64,000 nucleotides of DNA from Oculina patagonica (taxonomy: Eukaryota): positions 17,112,001-17,176,000 of the forward strand of contig NC_135758.1 of the NCBI RefSeq assembly GCF_052425735.1. Direction: 5' to 3'. A program made the translations under genes and the position numbers. Numbering within the stretch: the first letter of the stretch is position 1; each line of letters opens with the position of its first letter. This document shows positions 54,004 to 64,000 of this stretch, in pieces. The notes beneath the pieces were generated by a model. The model was not told the DNA's origin. It saw only the letters and a list, made by a program, of their open reading frames with translations, and did not search any database.

Positions 54004-57000
54004 TCAAACTCGTGGGCTGCCTCCATCAGTCACAGCACCATACCCACTGAGAGAATTGAGCGGCTCCGTCAAGTCACTGCTTTCCCTGTGAACACTCTTG
54101 TGCCGGCGCCAGCCGATCACCATGACAGCAATGGCTAATCCAATGAAAGCTGTAACGCCAAACGTGATACCAGCCGCAGTTCCTGCGCCCATTTTATCAC
54201 CGGTACTCTGGGAAGACTTTTGTGTGTCATGGCTGGAAGGCGCAAGGTCATCTTCAGCGTCCTTCATGCCAACTATGGCAGGCCCATGTATGTTGGTTTC
54301 AGCTGCAAACTCCGCCACAGAGCTAAGCAAAAAAGAGAAATACGAGAAGTGTTATAATAATGAAAAATTACATTGTTTAAAGATGAAAGCTACACTAGCC
54401 GTAACTGGTTTCACGCGGGTCCCATATATCCAATTTAAAAAAATGGTAACTTTTATGGAGGGAGAAAAGTTAGGAAAGTTATTGAAAAACCGTGCCACAT
54501 GGGTGCGGGACAAGTGCGGGACAGAAAGGGTTGATGTACGAATAGATGCCTTATTACAGGTACTCTAACTGTGCAGTTCGATGCGTCTATTCGCCATTGC
54601 TAAAAAAGTCGTGGCAGAATTGCGTGCTGTTTAGTCGCGACCCTAGATGTGTGTTTAGTTACCTTATAGTTGCCAAAAGCCACTGTGGGGAGCTGGGGCG
54701 CTTAAACCAGATCTGTCCAGTGTCGTGGTTAATCAAAAGCAAAGGCACAGAGTAGTTGTAAATTTTCGGTGCTCTTGAGTAGGGAGGTCGTCTGATTATT
54801 GGTAATCCCTGGCTGTTGAATACATTCGACTTTACACAGAAGTTGATCTCACAATCCTCCTCGATGGCACCAAGGTGTTGAGAGTAACCGGTTGGACAGG
54901 ATTTGGGCCAACCAGATGGACCAGATTGACTGACAAACAATTCAAGGTTGGAGAGACCTGTGACGTGTCAAAAACATAAAAAAAATTAAATTAAAGGCTT
55001 CCTGGTAGGTAGCATGCACAAGTCAAGTCTCGGAACTCAGGAGGACCACAAGAAAACTAAGGGAACAGATAGGTACGATGGTGTCATGAATGACTAGCTT
55101 CTATCTTATTTAAAGCAGAAAGGAAATGAAATAAAGAAAAACCGAACAGAGATTTGGAATCAGGGGCGAAGCCAGCTTTCTGAAGTGCTGTAGGCCTGGC
55201 CGCTTCTAGGTGGAGGATGGGGGGGGGGGGGGGGGTGGGGGGTATCCTACTGATAAAGACCTTAACTCAAAGTGCAATTTCACAGCACCCAAATTTGGAC
55301 ATTTTATTACAGAGAATGGGTAACCTTTTACTCGTTGCTAAATAATTATATAAAAGCACTTGTCTTAATTAACACGTCCCTATAACTTGGCTACTTTAAA
55401 AGTCTCTACTTACATGAGACTTAACCAACCGCGAAAGGTTATTTGCGATATTAATTATGCATATTGCTTTCTATTCATGTTAAAAGTACTTCAGCCTTAG
55501 TTTCTTTCTATTGTACATTTTAAAAATACGAGCGGGCTAAAAAATTTGTAGGCCGGGGCCTATAGGCTAGACACGCCCCTCATATACAAAGTCACGTGAT
55601 AATACGTACCATCTGATCCGCCGAGCGCTGATTTCTTGACAGCGAGAGGATTCCCAGCATTGCAACTGAAGAATCCACCAAACGGCACAGACTGCTGGTA
55701 ACCAAGCTCATAATCATCACTCACACAGACCTGCATTGTGGCTCCAAAGCGCAGAGGGTAGAACTTTAATGGACAGCTGTGGTCCTGAGTGACGGGGTTC
55801 TTTAGCACCTTGCTGTAGATTCCTCCAAACAGATAACCAGTATTGGCGGGTACTTGACCCTTAGCTACACACCAGTAGGTCGAGTAGCTTGCGTATCCAC
55901 AATTAGTGTTGCAGCATTTAAAGAAAAGCCAGCAACCGTGACAGTCTCGATGACAACTTTGAGGAGTACGTCCTTGATGAACCAAAACAGCTTCATAACC
56001 ATCGCTGCACTTGTAGTCGGACGTCAGAGGGTTCTTTTGAAGCAGGGGCCCGCATGGATCACCCGCCGGGGAGTCTTCGGACTGGCACGTTTGATAAACG
56101 CCCCCAAAAGTGTAGTTGTTTGTGGGACTTTCGCAAGATCCATCATCTAGATTGGCTTGGAAGCTGAAGTTTGGAGAGTCCATTTTGGTGCATCCTTTGA
56201 TGGTGTTGTGCTCGTAATACTGTTTTATGGCTTGTTCAACCACATTGGCTAACTCAAAAGTTAGTCCTTCAGACAATTCGGGTAAACTTCCGGGTGTTAT
56301 GGCGTAATGCAACGGGTCACCTGATCGATCAACTGCAACAAGCTCGTCTAACATTTGGTCTTCCCATTGATTGATGGTGAAATTTACCCTGAAAGGTGGC
56401 CCTCCGAAGGTTAACGCAGTGGAATAAACAGTGTTCTGGGTGTATTGATCCAAAGTTTTAGTGTCAGTTGTCTGACTGTAGCTAAACTTGGCTCCAAAAG
56501 CCCCGAAAAATGACGCACTCGCTGCTGCTGTAATCTTGCTTTTGTCTTCAGTGAAATCTGCCACGAATTTCTTTGTCAAGTGATCCACTTTAGCGAGAAC
56601 TGCACCGGCCTTGACGCTTGTAATGAAGTGCGTTCCAAAGTCACGGACCAGTATTTGTGACAGAAAGTTCGCGTACGCAGTATTGTTATGCTGCAGATGG
56701 GACGCGATTTCGAGTAAACGCGTTTTGAACGCGGGCTGAAGAGCGCTGTCGGGTTGGAGTTTCGCCGTGTACAGGACATGACGCATTTGGACACGAGTCG
56801 TAACAGCTTTGTCTTCCACTTGATGCTTTTTTACTGATTCAAACTCGGACGAAAACGAACCCCCTATACTGCCAAACGAAAATTTTCCAGAAGCTTCGGC
56901 GTTGATGGACTTTGTGGTTGTCGAAGAATAATTATTCCAGTGATCGTACATTTCAGCGAAAAGGTTCACTTTGCTTTCTTTCACAGGGTAAAGAAACACA

Positions 57001-57260
57001 TTATCAGGAATGAGATACTTGCCGTCATCCGAGGTTTTGCACTTGGAGTAATTCATCACTGTAACAACACCCATATGTAGATTTCTCAAGTTATCCCAGC
57101 CACCGCCGGGAAGAACCTCGAAGCGATAAACTCCTTTTGAAAGAGGACAACTTCGTGGGTCGCCAAGAGGAAAATTATTGGGCGAGGAATCATTCTGAGT
57201 GCCACATACTGCATAAAACAGTCCACAAGCTAGGTATAGCCTAGCTATTGAGGATGCCAT
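54004..57260 (-). CDS. MPEG1: Macrophage-expressed gene 1 / perforin-2 (MACPF + P2 + TM), 754 aa; exons 57260-55610, 54957-54663, 54322-54004
   Basis: Signal peptide, FEVLPGGGWDNLRN, DFGTHFITSVKAGA, AVDRSGDPL, TFGGVYQTC, NPLT, FGGFFSCNAGNPLA, CPTGYSQHL, TM GTAAGITFGV...; GT-AG introns in phases 1 and 2 keep the frame. Confidence 0.96.
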
Positions 57261-57338
57261 TTCTGTACTCGTTTAAACGACACGATCATCAAAGTAATAA
57301 ACAAAATTCCGCTGTTTATGAAGCCGTATCATATCTTA

Positions 57339-57394
57339 TCATGTGATTCATGGGGTTTGACCCCGTTTAAGTCACGTGCCTGCATTTCGGTTTC
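57339..57394 (-). promoter_or_regulatory. MPEG1 proximal promoter: ISRE/IRF-like site plus M-box and CLEAR-like E-boxes
   Basis: GAAACCGAAA (minus, 57385-57394), GTCACGTG 57371-57378, TCATGTGA 57339-57346. Confidence 0.5.
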
Positions 57395-58637
57395 GTTCCA
57401 GTTCGTGTTAGATCCGTTCCAGACAAAAGGGAAAACAACCTCGAAAATACAAATTAGAATGTAAATATTGTTAAAGTTGGCTTAAAAGCTTGTGAGGTTT
57501 GATAGGGCTAATTAGGAAAGATTGCGTGACGAGCCAAAAGTACGTCTGCGTGGGAGACTCGGCTGTGCCAATATCGCCGTGATTGATAATCTTCATAATC
57601 GTGTGTCCAAAAAAATTAACTTCCGGTGTGATTGTTACTCCGGGCCCTGGTGAAGTATTTTAGGAAACTAAAATATTAACAATACTGTGTCAACAGTCAT
57701 GTATAAACAATACGAAAATACGCAAGGAGATGTGTACGAACACATCTATATCTTTTCCGAGAAACAAACAATGGGTTAAAAATAGGTCACCAAGGGTGAC
57801 ATGAGTCTAATGCCGTATGGCATAGTGATACAGATTGCGCGGTTTTCGTAAGCCGGTTAAAATTGGTTAGAGGTTTGTGTTCGGGAGTTTAATTTAAAAT
57901 GCTTATAGCAAGCTAGGGGCATCGTGGATGATTATGGATGAAAACGAAACAGTCATAAATGTTATATGCTTCACAAAATTTAAAGTATGAACAGGAGTTG
58001 ATGTTACTTCTTCCGTATTGTCCGTAAAAGCAGAAACGATTAAGTGGCTGTCCAGCTAACAGCGGTCTGGCGATTTTCGGGTCGCGAGTAAACCTTCCCT
58101 TTATTTTTTGTGACTGAAAAGGACTTAAGGTGAAATGATTAAAATCGATCTATTTTTTTCCAGAAACTTTTTCTGTGCTTCGCTACAGGACAAAACGTAT
58201 TTTACTATTGAGGTACGTTTCCGGCCGGTTTTTTTCCGCTGGGGGCGCTTTTTTTTTTTGTTCCCCTGAGAGCGGTTTTCAGGGTTATTCGATGGCCGAA
58301 ATTCGGCGATTTTATAAGCCGCGTTTCTTCGAAACGGATAAATATCGCTAAATTTTAAATAGAACATTACATTAAGCCGCATTTACCTTGTCTTATCAAG
58401 GAATATCGAATTATTTGATGAAAAGTTAAGTTAACTTAATTAAATCAAAGACAACGCGGTTTGCGGTATCTTTTCTTGCATGACAGATTCCTCAAAAGTA
58501 AAAGCTAAAATCTCCAAAGCGGTACAAAAATCACAGGTAAAATGCACTTCACAGCAAAGATCTAACCCTATTCTAATAGAAAATAAATTAAAAGGTCCGG
58601 GTATCGTTCTACTTTGGACGCGAACAAACGTTTTTAA

Positions 58638-61600
58638 GAGCTCATTTTGGCAATATTTACATTAGATTGCTCGTTTGACGGTTATGCCCAGCGCATGTGA
58701 TTAGATAGAAATATTTTATCCAGCAGCTCAGAGTCTTGCTGTACATCCTCGAAAAACGAGTACTTTTGGTTTTTATGGCCGTTTTAGTTTGTATAAATAA
58801 AAACGGCTGAAATGCCATAAATAGGAATCGTTCGTCCGCTCGCACAATATGCAAATTTTGCTCATTTTCAACAGGTTGTCGATTTCAGCAAAGTCAAAAT
58901 TATCTCAAAGATTAAAACTTACTTTTTCTCAAACGTTTTCCTTCTTGAGTTTAGACACACGGCAACTGGAGGCTCGTAAAAAAGACAGATTTTGACTTCG
59001 TTTTTTTTATTAATAAGTTCTCTTCCCAATGTAATGATGTCATTTGCAATGTTGATGTGTTGTTGTCACGCAATGTACCCGAGAGTGCGAGACATGGCGT
59101 CTTCAACGACATGTTTCATGTCGGCGAAGAATGAAATTGGATGTGGGGAAAATAAAGGAGAGAGAAAGTTGGTGCCTCTAAGTGAATGCAAAAGTGATAT
59201 TACGGCTCATCTGAGGAGATGTCATTTAACAAAAGAAGACATTTCAGAAAGCGAACTTATTTTACTACGAGCTGGCTATTTTAGTAAAACTGCCCAACAA
59301 GTTGAAAATATGTTTGTGTGCCCAAGACATCGTGCGAACCTTGGCAAAGACTGGGGAAATCAAACTGGCCGTACAGCATGCCATTACCCCGATCACAAGG
59401 GTAAGCAGAAACGTGTTAAAAGTGACAGAGTCGTGACTGTGAAAATTGCGCGAGAAGTGATGGAAGTTTTTGACGTTACTATTCCTGTTGGATCACGTAA
59501 GTAATAGCAAGAAACAACATTTTGTCCATTCTTTTTTCTGTCTTCTCTAATGACATTCACACAATACTGGGGTAATATAGTTCATCACGCATCATTGTCT
59601 TATTTAACCAAATTCTATATAAAGGATTAGGGAAGTTTTATGCGTTTTGAAAATTACCTGCGTTTAATTAACTTAGTGTATTTGACACTTTTCAATGTTT
59701 TCGATTTTGCGTCGGTTTTTGCTCATTCCTTTTACAGCTCAAACCGGACTATAGTTTCAGTTTATCATGCACCTACCCCATCCATCTACGATGTTTATAG
59801 TTAACATGTAGCTGAGAGGGAAGTATTCTCCGTTTTTTTTTTTCATTTTCCCATAGAGAAATGCTATCTGTTGCCAAAATTAAAACTTCTCTTAATTTAA
59901 TTTACCAAACTTTTAACTCCATTTGATTTCTTTTTTTTGTGTGTGTGTGTGTACCCTTGAACCAAGCTGGAAACAATAAATGAACTTGAATTCTCTGTGA
60001 TAAAATTTAAAAGAAAAGATTGTTAAAGCCCATGTTTTCATTCAACTGAAAGAAGAACAACTAATTAAATTATCAAACGGTCACGAAACTGGAGAAATCA
60101 ATTCAACTGGAATCATTCTGTCCGTTAAATTCGTTCTGACAACCCAGCATCAATTTAAAATTACCTATTAACAAATAAGGTAAGCTCTGTATTCTACAAA
60201 ACCCGAAACCTTTCCTGTGATCGATAAAAAGCCGAGAAGGTAGGTGCCGGGGCCGAGGCCGGGTTGGGGTCGTGCACTTCATAAACTGTTATTACATGTT
60301 CCTCTTTTTTGTTTTAACTGTTTTTTCCTTTTTCCTTAAAATACTTTTTATTGTTTGTAATTTCAGAAGAACCAGAATTTCGGAAATCATTTAACTTGAA
60401 AAAAATAAAGGAAAAAAAACGAGGTAAAAAATACATGAGAAAAAAATTTAAATATAACTGGCCTCGACCCAGGCCCATGCCCCGGTTAGAGTGGACTTTT
60501 TTACCGACACGCCTATTTTTCACCGATAAGGCGTCACACGTGCACTTCTCTCATTCTTCCGCAGGTCTGTTTGTATGTTAAATAGATCAATTAAAAAACG
60601 TTCTACAACATTCTTCTGTTTCAGACGACAAGGTACCGTCCTAAACGTTCTTAAGTTGAGGAATGAATATGTTCTTCGGGGAACGTTTCAGTCAGTAAAA
60701 TGTTTCATTTTTTAACTATTCTAGAAAATCTAAGCACGATGCTTACTTGACGATACGAACTTGGTCACCAGGCACTCCAGGACCAGGCGTCAGCTCGTCA
60801 GATCCGCCATGGACACCAGGCCAGTGGCGCGAAGAGGAATCTGATGGTTCAGCTGACGAATCGGCACCTGACCCACTCAAGGTGTACAATGACGCAATGT
60901 CACAAATTGCATCGTTGACTGATATGAAAACAGTTGAGCAACTTACGTTCAGGCTTGCGTCAGATTGGGAAAGTGCGTCCGCAAATGAAAAAGCGTTGTG
61001 CGAAGAAAAGGTCGATGAAGCTTGTCAAGCTGTATGCAAGGTTATTGCCCCTAATGCCAGTGATGAACTGTTAAACGCATATAAAAACTCGTCGACGCTA
61101 GATAAAGGCGAAAACGCCCTGATAGCTGCATACAGACATGCCCCAACAAAGAATCTGAAAACACAAATTCTTAGTATTTACGCTTTGCAGTATTCTTTCA
61201 GTGAATTAAAAAAGATGCATGGCCACTTTGAAAATCTAAGTGATCGACAGATCAAAAAGGCCAGGGCCCACGCAAAGACAGTCGGTGCTGGATTGATTCT
61301 AGAGAAAGCTCCTTTCCACAAAACCCGTATCGATTTGATGAAGCTAAATCATTTCCTTTCATTTGCCGACCAACCATATTTTTACCAGGATGTTTCCTAC
61401 GGGACTCGGACTTTAAAACTAGATTCCGGAGAGCAGTTAGTCATGCCCAACGTTGTGAGAACTGTCGCTAGATCAACCATGATAGCCCAATATTTCAGCC
61501 ACTGCCGTGATGAAGAATTCGAACCCCTTGGACGGTCGACTTTGTTTCAGATTTTAAAAGTAAGGGAATCATCTCAACGGAAGTCCTTACAAGGGCTCGA

Positions 61601-64000
61601 CAATACCGCAGCAAGTGGTGCAGACGGCTTCGATGCTCTAAATAAGATTATAGACAGGCTGGAGCAAAGCGGATCGCGGCCGGAATGGTGTCAAGCAACA
61701 AGGAAGGAATTGAAAGAAGGAAAGCGCTACCTTAAGACAGAATACCGAGCGCACTGTCGAGAAGGCGAGAGCCCATGCCCGGACCACTGTGGACGTTATG
61801 CTCTTAGTGATCCCCAGAGCACTGACTTCCAGGCTTCCTGCGACCACGAACACAATACACCGTGCCAACAATGCGAATCGCTGAAAAACGCAATGATCTT
61901 TATATTGACAGAGATCGAATCACCAGTAATCAGTTTGTATGGAGAAGACCAAAAAGAAGACCTGCTATATGATGCCAAACAGGCACAGGATATGGTGCTT
62001 CAATGGAAGGCGCATATCCTTCGGGCAGAGAATCAAGACCAAGCCAAACAAGATGCACTCAGGTCTCTACAAAGTGACTCCATACTAGTGCTAATGGATT
62101 GGGCGATGAAATTCAACCAAATGAAGTATCGAGAAAAACAGTCCGAGTGGTACGGCAAACGGGGAATGAGCTGGCACGTCAGTTGCGTTATCTCCAAGCC
62201 TGCAGAGGGTCAAGATCAAGAGATAGTATCGTATGTCCACCTCCTGGATAGCTACGCCCAGGACTGGTACGCAGTATGTGCAATCCTAACACACCTGCTG
62301 ACGACCGTCAAAGCTGAACGACCGTACGTGAATACGGCCTACATTCGTTCCGATGGCGCTGGATGCTACCACAATAATAACTTAATTGCAGCTGTGAGCG
62401 ACATTGGCAAGCAGGTTGGGATACGAGTTCTGAGGTAATAACATTCCATTTGAAATAATAAAATAAACTATGGTTTCCATGCTTGTTTGGAGAAGGGCTA
62501 AATGCTTTAAATAAGTTGATTATCCAACAAAGTCAGAATTCTCGCAACATTGGCTTGTAGTTATTGGTCAAAGATGCCCATAATATAAATCGTCCTCATG
62601 GAGTTACTTCTAACTTCAGGCGCATTTTTTGTTTTATAACTGGAAGGCGATTTCGAATGAACTCTGAGATATAGACATAAACCACTGCCTTATTCTTTCC
62701 GTCTCTTCCTGGGCTTCCCTAAGGAACTGCTTTTCCTAACTTTTAAGTCTATTAATTAATCTCAAGCTCATTTATCTAGTGATAGTCAGTGATAGTGCGT
62801 GATATTTTGTGTCTAAATGAAGGCGATAATTTCCGGTTAGTTTACGATTTTCCGCTATCCTGAACCTTCATGTACTATTTCCAAAACGAGAGCGAGTGTT
62901 TCATTGGGGTATCCAAACACCGAGAAACAAATGAAAGCACGAGGCCGTTGGGCGAGAATGTCTCCCCAATCCCAGGGCATATATAAGTTTATGAAATTGA
63001 TCCGCGAGACTTACAGCTTTACAGGAATACTGCCATAGGATAGATATCTCTTGTATTTTGTTTTTCCAGATACGACTTCTCTGAGCCCCAGTTTGGCAAA
63101 GACGTTTGTGATAGAATCATAAGTCCATTGAAAGGCGCACTTCGACGGTACTGTGACGAAGGCGACGACATTTTGACCACTTCAGACATGTATCAGGCAC
63201 TGCAGGCCAGGCAGGTAAAGGGAACCACCGCAGCTGTGTGCGAATTAGATTGCAGCCAAAGTATTAAAGTTGACCGCATTAGCAATTTCAGTTCATTCCA
63301 TAATTTCTCGTATGAAGCAGAGGGTGTTCGCGTCTCAAAAGCCTATGAAATTGGCCCGGGAAAATTGATACCATGGTCGCAACTCAACGTTCAGGGACAA
63401 GGTCCAATTCTCGTGAGGGAAGTTAACGAACAAGGCTTCTTTGCTGTTACGCCCAGGCAAATGAAGCTGTCACTGTGTGAGACACAGGAGTCAGAGAAAG
63501 AAGCAGCATTATTTGAATGTAAAGAGCCTGGCTGTTCTTCCGTTTTTAAAACATTTGACGAACTTCAAGATCATATTCACTTTGGAGAACATGTCTCAAG
63601 TGTTCAAGCGAATCAGGAAAGCATCTACGATCGATTACGCCGAGACTGGGCGCTCAAGTTCGCAACAATGTCCATCGATTCAAGACAGAAGTTGCCGCCA
63701 ACCGAAGACTCTCGCCAGCCTGACTCTCCCAGTGGTGTTTGCAAATTTGAGGCTAGTGGATGGGCCCTACAGAAGCCAAGGGGAGGCGGGACAAGGTTTA
63801 GCGAGAATGTCAGGTCTTACCTCACAGTACGATTTGATGTCGGCGCGCAAACGGGCCGGAAAGCAGATCCTGCTCAGGTCGCAGCAGACATGAGAACGAC
63901 CAGAAATGCAGATGGCTCAAGAAGATTTCCCAGAGACGAATGGCTGACGAAGGGGCAAGTTCAGTCATTCTTTTCGAGACTGTCTGCACTCAGAAGAAGA
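58638..64000 (+). mobile_element. Sola3-like DNA transposon (left part; left end tentative)
   Basis: Candidate end TTAA|GAG at 58634-58640 upstream of the transposase; right TIR would lie outside the window. Confidence 0.5.
59094..64000 (+). CDS. Sola3-like DDD transposase, spliced and 3'-partial; exons 59094-59496, ~60725-62434, 63070->64000, with one small exon unresolved
   Basis: MDWAMKF...YREKQSEWYGKRGMSWH, RSDGAGCYH, and after the phase-2 intron YDFSEPQFGKDVCDR; C2H2 finger CKEPGC...HIHFGEH; last exon open to the window end and absent from the ORF track. Confidence 0.8.

Noticed and set aside
63477-63893. Separate 138-aa ORF
   Set aside because: Off-frame overlap with the open last transposase exon.

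Overview
Eukaryotic, AT-rich animal DNA with GT-AG introns; repeat families and gene content point to an anthozoan cnidarian, probably a stony coral (inference). 1-31.8 kb is repeat-dominated: a 6.4-kb higher-order satellite, a 10-bp GAATACAGG satellite split by nested Crypton-like elements, many MITEs, tRNA-derived SINEs and a probable spliced non-coding transcript. 32-34 kb holds an intronless F-box/LRR-type gene with a single frameshift. 36.5-51.4 kb is a replication-dependent histone locus built as a mirror image (H2B-H2A-H4-H3-H1 ... H3-H4-H2A-H2B), with a satellite-filled TIR element inserted just upstream of H1. All nine histone genes carry the same non-canonical 3' stem-loop (C-G rather than U-A top pair) and a shared downstream element. 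54-57.3 kb is a three-exon MPEG1/perforin-2 gene. From 58.6 kb to the end is an intron-containing Sola3-like DDD transposase. Most short ORFs in the track are repeat or antisense artefacts.
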